64,000 nt of DNA, from the IMG/VR virus record IMGVR_UViG_3300042887_002087, positions 1 through 64,000 of that record; one strand, written 5' to 3'. Source of the DNA: an uncultured virus (IMG/VR IMGVR_UViG_3300042887_002087) (taxonomy: Duplodnaviria; Heunggongvirae; Uroviricota; Caudoviricetes). Positions 9,485 through 20,271 of the stretch are shown here, piece by piece. A program made the translations under genes and the position numbers. Position 1 is the stretch's first letter; each line of letters begins with the position of its first letter. The notes under the pieces are model-generated. The model was not told where the DNA came from, made no database searches, and saw only the letters and a program-made list of their open reading frames with translations.

Positions 9485-10093
9485 TTAAGATGTTTGTTTG
9501 TTCATGTTAACATAACCAATAACGCAACATGCAGCATCAGCCATGTCATAATTTTCTTTTTTAAGATTACCCGTTTTACCGTATAACCAATTGATATCGG
9601 GACATACATTATTAACGTGTTCCCAAATAACGTGTTTCTTATCAATATCTCTTGGGTATCCACCAAATAAAACATTACGTCCTTTATCATTTGGACCAAC
9701 CAAATCAGGGAATGCAAATTTTCTTGAGTTATACGTTGAAATGAATGTTGGTAATACTCCTAATACATCGTAACAGTTCTTAAGTATCAATGTGTTATAA
9801 CGTAATAATGTTCCTATAGTATAAATGTTATTTGACTGCAACAATGGTTCTTCAATAATAACACGAAGAATTCCCATGTCTTTATAACTTTCCAAATGTT
9901 TTTTAAATGCGTCGGCCTTTTTAATTAATTCCTCAATCTTATCTTCTGGTTGTGGTTTAATTTTTGGTGAAAAATGTGTTAGTTCTAATAATTTAGAACC
10001 CGTCATATCAAATAAAGCAAATCCGATCGTCTTTGTGGAAATATCAAGACCGAGAATCTTTGGTTTGTTTTTGAAATTAATATCTATACTCAT
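9485..10093 (-). CDS. RuvC-like Holliday junction resolvase
   Basis: ILGLDISTKTIG, VIIEEP, DMADA. Confidence 0.8.
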   Translation of the reverse strand: MSIDINFKNKPKILGLDISTKTIGFALFDMTGSKLLELTHFSPKIKPQPEDKIEELIKKADAFKKHLESYKDMGILRVIIEEPLLQSNNIYTIGTLLRYNTLILKNCYDVLGVLPTFISTYNSRKFAFPDLVGPNDKGRNVLFGGYPRDIDKKHVIWEHVNNVCPDINWLYGKTGNLKKENYDMADAACCVIGYVNMNKQTS

Positions 10094-10132
10094 AGAGTAA
10101 AAATTAAATCAAAATAGTTGAATAGTAAAGTG

Positions 10133-12256
10133 TTAGAAGTCTAATTTTATTGCAAAAACCTGTGTTCCTGTTCTTTTAATTGGTGTAGATGTTTTAGCAA
10201 TCACTAACGGTTCTTTTAATGAATCTAATAATGCGACTTCGGTAATATATTTATCGGTTGTAATTTCAGTTTGTGTTGTTCCCGTAAACCTTGTTGGGTT
10301 TTGTGATGTTAAGAATTGCGTAGATGGTAAGTTTATTAACATATTCATTTCTTCAATATCGGTTGCCCTAACTAATCTAACACTACCAGGGAATGGTTGT
10401 TCGTCACCAAATTGTGGTTGTGTTGTTGATCCTGTTGTGTTCCACAAATAATCAGTTGTTACACCTGACATATGGTCTTCTAAATCAAATGACGTTCCAC
10501 CAGTGTAATCACTTTTTGTAATTGTAAACGTATAGTTAACCAAATTTATTGGGTCAATATATCCACTAGTATATCCTGATATCTTTGATGTTATATCAAT
10601 TTTTATCCATCCGTTTGGTGTTGGTGTTGTCCCTGTTTGTACTAATGCATAAAATTTGTCAGCAATAAAACCATCTTTAATACCGCTTGGGGTAGTGTAC
10701 ATATTTGGAAATGCTCCTGTATTAAATTTAAATGTTAATTGTGAAGGGGTTCCGTTCCCTGTTATTTTATTAAAATAATTGCATGGTAATGCATTTAATG
10801 TAGATCCACTAGTACTTGTATCTCCAAACATATATGTAAACCAAACAGTATCTCCTGTGGTTGGTAGTAAGGAATTAATCGCTGTTCCGTCACTTGGTAC
10901 CGATCCCAATTTAGGTGACGGTAACGTATACCGTCTATTAGATCTATAATCTAACATTGCAACCAACTCTTGATCGTCGAATACAACTATTTTGTTATTA
11001 ATAAAAACTTTACCTACTTTATTAGTTTGTTCATCTAACAAATATCTAAATTTTAATTCAAATCTAGAACCTGTTGTTCCTGAAAATGGTTTAATGTAAT
11101 AATCAACAGTATCCATTGTAAATTTTGCACCAAACGTATCGGTTGTATTTCTATGATAATGAATAAATGGGATATAAATTTCAAAATATTCTGTATCGCT
11201 AATTTCATCTCCGTCTTCATTTGTTACTATACTAATATCACAAGCATTTACACCCGATGGTGTACAATGACTAATATAATCATCATATTTAAAAAATCTT
11301 TCAGGATCATTTGTAACATCTCCAAGTTCAGAATAATGTATAATTGCAATACACCTTTGTTCTGACGGTAAAACTTCAACTAATTCATCGAATGAATTTT
11401 TAAATGTAGTTCCTGTTATAGTTGTTCCTACAAAATTTGTAAATGTTTGTCCTGATTTTGTATATCCTAATAATTGTTTTGTTGAAACATATTGATTACT
11501 ATTATAACCACTTAAACTTTCATCTAAATCATTTGTTGGGTAATCTGCCCCGATTGGTTTGTCCGACCATACTGTATTTAATCTCCATGAATTAAGTTGT
11601 TGTGTATAATCAATTGGGTTAAATATGTCAGTTGTTGGTGATTCGTCGAAATATTCATTTAATACTACTTGTACATTACCTGTTAGTCCTGTTAAATTAG
11701 GGAGTTTACGATCTAGTGTTAATGTATTATCTGTTTTTGATACTACCTTATAGATCATACTATTTGTTTGTCCCGTAATTGTTGTACTTGAAAAACCATC
11801 TAAAACTACTGTTATAAAATCATTTGGTTTAAAATTCGTACCATCCACCACAACGAGACTTGTTGTTCCACTTAGTTTACTATATGTTAATGGTTGTGGT
11901 GTTGTTTTTACTGTTGGTGCGGTTGAATACATAGATACAAATCCAGCACTACCCATTTCATTTCTTAAAGTTGTAGTTGAACTATTACTAATTGGTGTTC
12001 CGTATGTTGTTGAAGTTAAGACATCGCTACCTAAAGAATATGGATATTTTACCCCTGATTCGTTATCAAATGGGGAAAATACTTTTTGTTGTCCTGTTGT
12101 TCCTGTTAAACCACTAAAAATTGTATTATAATCATATTCAGAATCTCCAATTTGAAAGAATTCAATATTGAAACTACCTTTGGCAATTGCCTTTCTACCC
12201 TCATTTGTTATTCGGGCTGTTAAATATTCTGCGTGATTACTGTTTAAAAAACTCAT
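10133..12256 (-). CDS. Virion baseplate/tail-fibre anchoring protein
   Basis: N-term ITNEGRKAIA...FQIGD and C-term ITEVALLD...LVIAK resemble the two halves of a tail-collar/fibre anchor domain; Ser/Thr/Gly rich. Confidence 0.55.
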   Translation of the reverse strand: MSFLNSNHAEYLTARITNEGRKAIAKGSFNIEFFQIGDSEYDYNTIFSGLTGTTGQQKVFSPFDNESGVKYPYSLGSDVLTSTTYGTPISNSSTTTLRNEMGSAGFVSMYSTAPTVKTTPQPLTYSKLSGTTSLVVVDGTNFKPNDFITVVLDGFSSTTITGQTNSMIYKVVSKTDNTLTLDRKLPNLTGLTGNVQVVLNEYFDESPTTDIFNPIDYTQQLNSWRLNTVWSDKPIGADYPTNDLDESLSGYNSNQYVSTKQLLGYTKSGQTFTNFVGTTITGTTFKNSFDELVEVLPSEQRCIAIIHYSELGDVTNDPERFFKYDDYISHCTPSGVNACDISIVTNEDGDEISDTEYFEIYIPFIHYHRNTTDTFGAKFTMDTVDYYIKPFSGTTGSRFELKFRYLLDEQTNKVGKVFINNKIVVFDDQELVAMLDYRSNRRYTLPSPKLGSVPSDGTAINSLLPTTGDTVWFTYMFGDTSTSGSTLNALPCNYFNKITGNGTPSQLTFKFNTGAFPNMYTTPSGIKDGFIADKFYALVQTGTTPTPNGWIKIDITSKISGYTSGYIDPINLVNYTFTITKSDYTGGTSFDLEDHMSGVTTDYLWNTTGSTTQPQFGDEQPFPGSVRLVRATDIEEMNMLINLPSTQFLTSQNPTRFTGTTQTEITTDKYITEVALLDSLKEPLVIAKTSTPIKRTGTQVFAIKLDF

Positions 12257-12281
12257 ATGTTATAAATATCTTTATTTTATT

Positions 12282-13592
12282 TTAATCACAAGGACAAGTT
12301 ACGTTTGTAAATGATGAGAAGTATATTGCTGATGGATAGTTTGTTGCCATATAAGCACTATCTTTATTCGTGTCTATTCTTGAACAACATTCACTATTTA
12401 TCGTCACAAAACTTAAATTACCCGCACTATAATCTACATAATATATTGCTGTTAAATCACATCTCTCATACACATCATATGTTTGCGGTGTAGGAGTTGG
12501 TGGTAAAGGGGTTGAAGTTGGTGGTGCTCCTGAACAAGCTGTACAAGCTGTTTGTGCTGTTCCTGTTTGTGCCGAACCATCTCTCATAAATTCTCTTTCA
12601 TCAGTACCATCAGAAACCCAAAATGTAGTGTTATTAGTCATATCACCATACACGCTACCATACATTGTGGAAGATAAACCTTTTACTTTTGTTAAATTAC
12701 ATAAAGACGTACCTACAACCGTAATATTAACATTACTATATTCACCACCAGTACATGCTGTTGGTCCGTTAACTAAACTAACATAACCACTAAACGTAGT
12801 TTCAAATGGAGTTGGTTGTGGTGTTGCAGTTGCCGGTAAAGGAGTTGGTGTTGTAGGACAACTACAAGGCGTTGATCCATAAGATATATCCGTAATACTT
12901 GCACCAACTGCGAATAATGAACCATTTTGAATACAATCATTTATTACTTGTGGTCCAATACCAAATGTTAAATCAATTGTCTCACCGCAACAATCAATAT
13001 ATCTAATATCACCTCCCGTATCAACCTCAAATTGTACAGATGTTACACAATTAGGTGTTGGGGTTGGGGTTACAGTTGCCGGTAATGGGGTTACAGTTGC
13101 CGGTAATGGTGTTACAGTTGCTGGTAATGGGGTTACTGTTGCCGGTAATGGGGTTACAGTTGCTGGTAATGGGGTTACTGTTGGTGTATTTGTGGGAGTT
13201 GCCGTTGGTACAACTGTTGGTGTGGGAGTTGGTGTGGGAGTTGGTGTGGGAGTTGGTGTAGTCGGCATTCTTATAGTTAAATTATTATAATCAACACATT
13301 CCACACATATAACAGAGTCATCATCTTTTCCATTAAAATTTGATGGTATCACTCTAATTGTTTTTATTCCCTCGGGAACAACTACATATGTACCATTTAA
13401 ACTTGATCTTGGAATATTGGAATATCCAACTAAAGGAAAATATTTTGACGAGTCAGATCCTGAAAGGGATCCTGTACATAAGGATCCAGAATTGTTGGTA
13501 CAATCCTCTAAACTTCCCGTACAGGCATACAAATCAACATTTAATATTGATACTCCTAAAGTAAATCCTGTTAATCGTATTGTATATGACAT
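12282..13592 (-). CDS. Modular Pro/Thr-linker, Cys-rich virion appendage protein
   Basis: PT tracts, TVTPLPA repeats, Cys-rich modules shared with 21746..23878. Confidence 0.6.
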   Translation of the reverse strand: MSYTIRLTGFTLGVSILNVDLYACTGSLEDCTNNSGSLCTGSLSGSDSSKYFPLVGYSNIPRSSLNGTYVVVPEGIKTIRVIPSNFNGKDDDSVICVECVDYNNLTIRMPTTPTPTPTPTPTPTPTVVPTATPTNTPTVTPLPATVTPLPATVTPLPATVTPLPATVTPLPATVTPTPTPNCVTSVQFEVDTGGDIRYIDCCGETIDLTFGIGPQVINDCIQNGSLFAVGASITDISYGSTPCSCPTTPTPLPATATPQPTPFETTFSGYVSLVNGPTACTGGEYSNVNITVVGTSLCNLTKVKGLSSTMYGSVYGDMTNNTTFWVSDGTDEREFMRDGSAQTGTAQTACTACSGAPPTSTPLPPTPTPQTYDVYERCDLTAIYYVDYSAGNLSFVTINSECCSRIDTNKDSAYMATNYPSAIYFSSFTNVTCPCD

Positions 13593-13627
13593 ATTTCTAT
13601 AAATAGTATTATATAGAATTTAAACAA

Positions 13628-13653
13628 AAAACCCCTTAAAATAAAGGGGTTTT
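13628..13653. terminator. Bidirectional terminator-like hairpin
   Basis: AAAACCCCTT ... AAGGGGTTTT. Confidence 0.7.
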
Positions 13654-13675
13654 AATATTGTTTTGTTTTTAAATT

Positions 13676-14242
13676 TTATGTTGAGCAAACATTAATGTCC
13701 GTTACAAATCCACTTGCTGAAATTTGTCCTGTATATGTTGCAAATCCACTGTCGGTTCTATAATAAGCGTGATATTCATCCTCTCCACCATAACCACTTG
13801 TTAAACCAGCATCAGTAAAGAATTGTTCTACATTGGCTGCATTATTTGTTGCGGCAAATACTTCAGTTAAGAGACTTTGAGGTTCTCCACCACCACCAGT
13901 AATAGCAGCACAAGCCTGTCCAATATTCGATTGTGTAACTGATGGTCCTAATTGATATGAATATGATGTTACTACAGGTGTTGGACTCGGAGTAGGTGTT
14001 GGGGTTGCTGCTGCCGGTGTCGCCAGCCACGGGGTTGTAGTTGTACAAGTACCTGTACTTGCAATTGTTCCCCCTGTTATAGCATCATTAATACCGGTAA
14101 TTGTATGACCTGCTGTTAATTGGGCTTTTGTAATACCAGAGGCTAATTCTGATACAACGTTAGCATTTGTTGTTCCTGAAATATTAAACGGACCCGCTGC
14201 AGTTCCTGAGGATTCCGATTTTAATGTAAATGTTACTGTCAT
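13676..14242 (-). CDS. Small two-domain virion appendage protein
   Basis: Beta-rich N-domain ending STGTC, PT linker, C-domain homologous to the C-terminus of 14285..19336. Confidence 0.6.
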   Translation of the reverse strand: MTVTFTLKSESSGTAAGPFNISGTTNANVVSELASGITKAQLTAGHTITGINDAITGGTIASTGTCTTTTPWLATPAAATPTPTPSPTPVVTSYSYQLGPSVTQSNIGQACAAITGGGGEPQSLLTEVFAATNNAANVEQFFTDAGLTSGYGGEDEYHAYYRTDSGFATYTGQISASGFVTDINVCST

Positions 14243-14284
14243 ATTATTTGTTTCTTTTTATAAATATCTGTTTATTTTGTTTTA

Positions 14285-17200
14285 TTAAGGTTGTTCAGCA
14301 CAAACACTTTTGTCCGATACCTGACCAGTATATGAAATTCTTCCTGAATATGGTGATCCTCCACTATTTAAAGCGAATGAGTGATATTCATTTTCACCGG
14401 TATATACGTTTACTAAATTAGGATCTGTAAAGAATTGTTCTACATTAAATGGTTGATCTGCCGCCGCATATGCTAGAATATAGAAATCCTGACCGTAATT
14501 TTGACAAGCCAAACTCGATGATGTATAAGATGGTCCTAATTGATAAGCATACGATGTTGCAGGTACAGGTGTGTCTGTAGGTACCGGTGTTGCCGTTGGT
14601 GGGAATGGTGTTGGTGTTGGTGATTCTGTTGGTACGTTTGTTGGTACTGCTGTTGGTACGTTTGTTGGTACTGCTGTTGGTATTGCTGTTGGTACGTTTG
14701 TTGGTACGTTTGTTGGTACGTTTGTTGGTACGTTAGTTGGTACTGCTGTTGGTACGTTAGTTGGTACTGGTGTTGGTGTTGGTCCACAATATGTACAATC
14801 ACTTGATATGTTACAAGTATTACCACATTCAACATCAGTTAATAAACCTGAATTAATAATTGGAGCTGTTCCACCTTGTAGACAATGCTGTCTACTTGTA
14901 CCAGGTAATAAATTAATTGATTGTTCAGTTCCATTACAATTTGTTATTGTATAGTTTCCTGTTGTTCCACCTTCATTATAAATTGTCCAACATATACAAG
15001 GTAATGGTGTCGAAGTTGGTATTGCTGTTGGTACGTTTGTAGGTACTGCTGTTGGTACGTTTGTTGGTACTGCTGTTGGTATTGCTGTTGGTACGTTTGT
15101 TGGTACGTTTGTTGGTACGTTAGTTGGTATGTTAGTTGGTATGTTAGTTGGTATATTGGTTGGTTCTGGTGTATTAGTTGGGACCGCCGTTGGTACGTTA
15201 GTTGGTATGTTGGTTGGTATGTTGGTTGGTATATTGGTTGGTACTGCTGTCGGTACTGCTGTTGGTACGTTAGTTGGTAATGGTGTTGGTGTGCTGTAGA
15301 TAACATCAACATCAACATTAAAGTTACAATCTGGCGTTGGAGTTGGAGTTGGTGTTGTAGTGTTAGTAGGTGTTGGGGTTGGTGTATTTGTCGCTGGTAA
15401 TGGCGTAGGAGTTGGTGTATTTGTTGCGGATTCCGGTAATGGTGTTGGAGTATTTGTATTTGTTGGTGTAGGAGTTGGTGTACTATAGATAACATCAACA
15501 TCAACATTAAAGTTACAATCTGGTGTTGGAGTTGCGGTATTTGTTGGTGTTGGAGTTGGGGTATTTGTTGGTGTTGGAGTTGGGGTATTAGTTGCTAATT
15601 CTGGTGTATTTGTATTTGTTGGTGTTGGGGTTGGTGTTGGTGTACCATATATAATGTCCACATTTATTTCAAAATCACAATTTGGTGTAGAAGTTGGTGT
15701 ACTAGTTGGTGTTGGAGTATTTGTATTTGTTGGTGTAGGAGTTGGTGTACTATATACAACTAAAACATCAACATTAAAGTTACAATCTGGTGTTGGTGTA
15801 GGTGTTGCAGTGTTAGTAGGTGTTGGAGTTGGGGTACTATAAAATATTTCTACGTCAACAGCAAACTCACAATTTGGTGTGGCTGTTGGGGTTGGTGTTG
15901 GGGTTGGTGTACTAGTAACAACTAAAACATCAACTAAGAAATTACAATTTGGTGTAGGTGATGGAGTAGGTGTTGGTGTACTAGTAACAACTAAAACATC
16001 AACATTAAAATTACAATCTGGTGTTGGGGTTGGTGTTGGGGTTGGTGTACTAGTAACAACTAAAACATCAACATTAAAATTACAATCTGGTGTTGGGGTT
16101 GGTGTTGGTGTATTTGTTGCAGGTGATGCCGTTACTGTTGGTGTTGGGGTGGAAGGTAATGGTGTTGCAGTTGCTGGTAATGGTGTAGCTGTTGGTGTGG
16201 CTGTTGGTGTTGGTGTGTTTGTTGGAGTTGGTGTTGGTCCTGGCTCATATATCGCTAATCCTCCACTAAATCTACAATCTTTCACATCATTTTGACCAAT
16301 TGATACATATCCATAATCTAAATAATTATTTACTGTACAATCATTTGGACCGTATTTGTAAGATGTGAATTTAATTTTTTCACGTCCTTCATTATCTATG
16401 AAAAATTCATATGATATTATTTTTTGTTTTGTTGTTCCTGTAATCGATGAATTACCAATTTCGGTTCCGTATTGTGTGTTTTTACCTTCTCCATCTATAG
16501 TTGATCCAGAATAGGTGTTAATATATGTAATTGTATTTTGTATCGCCCTTTTCCACAGTATTTTTAATTGTTGGTCTATTTCACTATAAACCGAAAGGTT
16601 ATTAGTTGTACCTCCACTATATAATTTAACACTAATACCATTAGTTGTAACGGTATTATCGTTATTAAATGTTAATGTTGTTCCAGTTAATGAAGTTGCT
16701 CCACTGATTAAAACATATGTACATCCTGTAACATTTGTTGTTGTGTTTAATGCAGAAGCATTTTCAGGGTCAGTCATACCTGAATAAACTATACCGTCAA
16801 TTTCAAATATTGGATAAAGTTTAACATAACCATCGTGTTTTGTTTCCCCATCTTCATCAATTTCAATAGAAAAACCAAGATCATCGTCAGCCTGTTGTAT
16901 TAAATAATCAAAATAACTTGTAAATCCTGTTGGTATTTCTAAATCAAAATTAATGTGGTCTTCCGTTTCTGTAGGTTGACATCCATATCTATATTGATAT
17001 TTTGATCTACCAAAAATATTATTTGAAATTAAATTACCTCCCGTCCATAAAGTTGTTGCAGGAATAATTTGATCGATAACACTTGTCCAATAAGGACTCA
17101 TTTTTTCAATAAACAAATTAATGTCAGGAAATGTGTATGCTTTGTTAGGTGAAAAATCTCTAGTAATATAATCTTGATAGATGTCCTCTAATGTAATATA

Positions 17201-19336
17201 ATTCTTCTTATATTTTATTAAATTAGAATTTTTAATTTGTTGATGTATCATTAAATCGACATACTCAGCGAATGTTACTCCTGTTTGTGGTGTTAAACTA
17301 TTTGTACCGAATGTTGTACCTGTTGGACCAAAGTCTCTAGATTTACGATATATGTCATAATCAACCGCTTGTGCTGATGATAAATAAACTTCAATATTTT
17401 TTCTATTTAATAATAAACCAGAATTATCATTAAGATTTTCTGTTTGATTATTATCAATAATATTTTTTAATTTATATCCTGAGTCTAATCCTGGCAATTT
17501 TCTATAAACGTCAAAATAATCTTCACCATAGGTATATGCACTATTTTTAGTAACAATATTTTTAGTTCTTCCTGTTACCGTTGAATTATCGATATCAATC
17601 ACTAATGGTGATTTATGATCTGTAGTATTATCATACCAACCAGATCCTTTTTGGAAAAAATATTCTGTTGATCCCGTAATTCCTTTAGGTAATAACGTAT
17701 CTCCATTAACGGGATAATTTTCAGAATTAAATGTTGTTGTACCTGTAGTTATACCAGTATAATATCTATATGGAAGATATGTTACACCATTAATAGTTCC
17801 ACCTGTTGGTAAGAATATTCCTGTTTTGTAAGTTTTAGTTCCCGATATAACATCATAAATGTCACCTTTTAAATCAAATGATTTAGGTAAAGATATTACC
17901 TTGTAAACATATTGATTAATTTTAATCATTGGTTCAGGAGCACCTAAAAATCTTAAAAAAAATTCTAAAGATTGTCTTGTACCTTTTGATTTATAAATGT
18001 AAGCCAAGTTAACTAACAACCTTCGATAAAATTCATATTCGGCGTCTATTAAAGACGTTCCCGATACTAATCCAGAATATTGTTGTGATGTCTTAGTGTA
18101 TAATAATTCATCTAAACCTTTCTCATCAATTAAGTTAATTGTATCTAACCCTAAAGTATTTGCCAAGTTTTTTAACAATACATCGGGTACGTTATTAATA
18201 CCGTCATAACTTACATTTCTCATGTAAGCAATATTATCAATATATTTTTTTACACTATCAAAACTTTGTCCATATAATTGAAATAATGATTCGGCCTTTT
18301 TATCGGGACTATCAAATTCAAACAATTGAGGTGATGTTAAAAACCTAACAAATAAGTTAGACTTATAATCATCAATTTCATCTGCTATATTACTTAAATT
18401 TGTTAAATAACTATCATATTCTAAACCTGTAATTTTAATGTTCCAATCTTCCTTATCGGATAACGGCCAACTATAATTTACTGAAATTAATTCGGTTTTT
18501 GTTTCGTCAAAACTATCTCTTGGTACCTTAAAACTTGAAGTATATTTTGGAAAAGTGTCTCTGTTTAATAAACTTTCCTCTAAATCATCTAAACCTTTAA
18601 AGAACTCTTCAACAACACCATCATTTGGTTTAATTAATATATTTTCAGAAAACCCCGTTAAGTTATCAAATGGTTTACCACTTACCTTTAATGAAATTAT
18701 ATTATCACTATTAGGTTCAATATATGAAATTACATCATATGTTTTTCCACTTATTGAAATTAAATAGTTTTTAAAAGAAGTATAAAAATCTCTGTTTTTA
18801 TTAATTGAAGGTAATATGGTATTACTTTTCGGTGTAACCATAACAATCGAAAATGGATTGTATAGTTTACTGTACTCAACTTTAAATTGAGTGGTGTTAC
18901 TTATATTATCATATGTAATATTATTAGCGGTAAAATTCGTTACTTTAATTAAACTATTAGAATCAATTAAAATAGCCGCAGGAAAATTATTAATTATATT
19001 AGTTGTCGCAACACCTAGTCTACTTTTTAATGATCCAAATAAAGATTTAGCAGCATCATTTTTAGAACCTTTAAATTTTATTTCTTTATTTTTACTTGTA
19101 GTACCACTCGTAGTTGTACTTGAAGTTTGTCCTTTTAAATCATCTAATGTTAAAAAATTAGAAAACGGATTTGTTTTAAAATTCTTTGTATCTCTTTGTA
19201 TTACCTCACTATCTAACGCAAAGTTCGTATTAGTCAATTGACCGGTACCCGTGGTAATTTGATTACCGACTAGATTGTCACTGAATGTATCGGCACCACT
19301 CGCAGCTTGACTTGGAATTTTACGTAATTTTGCCAT
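14285..19336 (-). CDS. Baseplate wedge protein (P2 gpI-like core) with mucin-like repeat tail
   Basis: [14 protein letters not shown]...[21 protein letters not shown]-terminal ~600 aa of PT repeats and Cys modules. Confidence 0.7.
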   Translation of the reverse strand: MAKLRKIPSQAASGADTFSDNLVGNQITTGTGQLTNTNFALDSEVIQRDTKNFKTNPFSNFLTLDDLKGQTSSTTTSGTTSKNKEIKFKGSKNDAAKSLFGSLKSRLGVATTNIINNFPAAILIDSNSLIKVTNFTANNITYDNISNTTQFKVEYSKLYNPFSIVMVTPKSNTILPSINKNRDFYTSFKNYLISISGKTYDVISYIEPNSDNIISLKVSGKPFDNLTGFSENILIKPNDGVVEEFFKGLDDLEESLLNRDTFPKYTSSFKVPRDSFDETKTELISVNYSWPLSDKEDWNIKITGLEYDSYLTNLSNIADEIDDYKSNLFVRFLTSPQLFEFDSPDKKAESLFQLYGQSFDSVKKYIDNIAYMRNVSYDGINNVPDVLLKNLANTLGLDTINLIDEKGLDELLYTKTSQQYSGLVSGTSLIDAEYEFYRRLLVNLAYIYKSKGTRQSLEFFLRFLGAPEPMIKINQYVYKVISLPKSFDLKGDIYDVISGTKTYKTGIFLPTGGTINGVTYLPYRYYTGITTGTTTFNSENYPVNGDTLLPKGITGSTEYFFQKGSGWYDNTTDHKSPLVIDIDNSTVTGRTKNIVTKNSAYTYGEDYFDVYRKLPGLDSGYKLKNIIDNNQTENLNDNSGLLLNRKNIEVYLSSAQAVDYDIYRKSRDFGPTGTTFGTNSLTPQTGVTFAEYVDLMIHQQIKNSNLIKYKKNYITLEDIYQDYITRDFSPNKAYTFPDINLFIEKMSPYWTSVIDQIIPATTLWTGGNLISNNIFGRSKYQYRYGCQPTETEDHINFDLEIPTGFTSYFDYLIQQADDDLGFSIEIDEDGETKHDGYVKLYPIFEIDGIVYSGMTDPENASALNTTTNVTGCTYVLISGATSLTGTTLTFNNDNTVTTNGISVKLYSGGTTNNLSVYSEIDQQLKILWKRAIQNTITYINTYSGSTIDGEGKNTQYGTEIGNSSITGTTKQKIISYEFFIDNEGREKIKFTSYKYGPNDCTVNNYLDYGYVSIGQNDVKDCRFSGGLAIYEPGPTPTPTNTPTPTATPTATPLPATATPLPSTPTPTVTASPATNTPTPTPTPDCNFNVDVLVVTSTPTPTPTPTPDCNFNVDVLVVTSTPTPTPSPTPNCNFLVDVLVVTSTPTPTPTPTATPNCEFAVDVEIFYSTPTPTPTNTATPTPTPDCNFNVDVLVVYSTPTPTPTNTNTPTPTSTPTSTPNCDFEINVDIIYGTPTPTPTPTNTNTPELATNTPTPTPTNTPTPTPTNTATPTPDCNFNVDVDVIYSTPTPTPTNTNTPTPLPESATNTPTPTPLPATNTPTPTPTNTTTPTPTPTPDCNFNVDVDVIYSTPTPLPTNVPTAVPTAVPTNIPTNIPTNIPTNVPTAVPTNTPEPTNIPTNIPTNIPTNVPTNVPTNVPTAIPTAVPTNVPTAVPTNVPTAIPTSTPLPCICWTIYNEGGTTGNYTITNCNGTEQSINLLPGTSRQHCLQGGTAPIINSGLLTDVECGNTCNISSDCTYCGPTPTPVPTNVPTAVPTNVPTNVPTNVPTNVPTAIPTAVPTNVPTAVPTNVPTESPTPTPFPPTATPVPTDTPVPATSYAYQLGPSYTSSSLACQNYGQDFYILAYAAADQPFNVEQFFTDPNLVNVYTGENEYHSFALNSGGSPYSGRISYTGQVSDKSVCAEQP
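14627..15280 (-). repeat. 12-nt coding tandem repeats, PT(N/A)(V/I), in two blocks
   Basis: gttggtacgttt / gttggtactgct units at about 14627-14770 and 15014-15280. Confidence 0.9.
15290..16092 (-). repeat. Eight copies of P(D/N)C(N/D/E)FxVDVxVxxS separated by PT linkers
   Basis: Counted in the translation of 14285..19336; near-identical nucleotide units aacatcaacattaaa(a/g)ttacaatctgg. Confidence 0.9.
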
Positions 19337-20247
19337 TAGATATTAGTGATTGTATCAAAGTTTAAATTTTCATCAATATCATTACGGTTTTCTCTAACCT
19401 CATATAGAGTTTCGTTAAAGTTGTCTTTAATTTCAAATAAGTTATATTGTTTATAGATGTTATTATCTTTATCGTAAATTGTGTAAATACCTGGAGTAAC
19501 CGCCTTAGTTTGATTACCGTAAAGAGCATTTGCAAGTGTTGACGCATCATGTTCAACCATATCAATTTCGATAGTTGTTGGGTTCATATATGTATTTGAT
19601 AAAATAACCATTTGACCTGGACTACCAATAAATGGAACGGTATTTGGTTTGTTTGACGGTGCAGACGATGGTGTAATTGTTAAAAACATAAAGTTTGTTG
19701 CACCTTCACTATATTGATATCTTACTGACTTTTGTGTTGAACTATTTAGATTCGCCGTAACAGGAGTACAATAAAAAGAAGACGTAACAATTTTATAGAA
19801 ATTTGGTGTTTTTTGTTTGTTATTAGAATTTATATATTCAATCCTATAACCAACTAAACCTTGTGGTGTAAATTTATTTCTATCTTCAGACTTAACATTT
19901 GATAAATCCAAGATTAGTCCTCTTACTGATGGTAATGATGCTAAAACACCACAATCCATAATTGTTGTTCTAATTTGTTTTGGTCTGATATGAAGTGTGT
20001 ATATTCCTAAATCAGGAAAATCTGTTGCATTTAATTTAAGATTATATAAACCTCCTAAGATTTCCACACCACTTTCTCCACCGGTATTTCCATTATGTAA
20101 AATAGGTGTTAATACCTGATTTGGGGTTAATTTCTTTAATACTGTTGGAGTTGTTGAGATCCGATTGGGTGCATAATGATAAAGTATTTCTACATCATCG
20201 GGTGATACATCCGCCGGTCTAACTATTCCATATGATCCTACTGCCAT
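19336..20247 (-). CDS. Putative virion structural protein
   Basis: 303-aa beta-rich ORF in the baseplate operon with a TATTTATA motif upstream. Confidence 0.5.
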   Translation of the reverse strand: MAVGSYGIVRPADVSPDDVEILYHYAPNRISTTPTVLKKLTPNQVLTPILHNGNTGGESGVEILGGLYNLKLNATDFPDLGIYTLHIRPKQIRTTIMDCGVLASLPSVRGLILDLSNVKSEDRNKFTPQGLVGYRIEYINSNNKQKTPNFYKIVTSSFYCTPVTANLNSSTQKSVRYQYSEGATNFMFLTITPSSAPSNKPNTVPFIGSPGQMVILSNTYMNPTTIEIDMVEHDASTLANALYGNQTKAVTPGIYTIYDKDNNIYKQYNLFEIKDNFNETLYEVRENRNDIDENLNFDTITNI

Positions 20248-20271
20248 ATTCTTTTATTATAAATATAAATC

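Noticed and set aside
14536..15507. Gln/Tyr-rich alternate-frame ORFs and Val/Gly-rich antisense ORFs
   Set aside because: Shadows of the 12-nt coding repeats
14627..16240. CRISPR-like array
   Set aside because: Repeats are in-frame coding units with PT-coding intervals, not unique spacers; no cas operon
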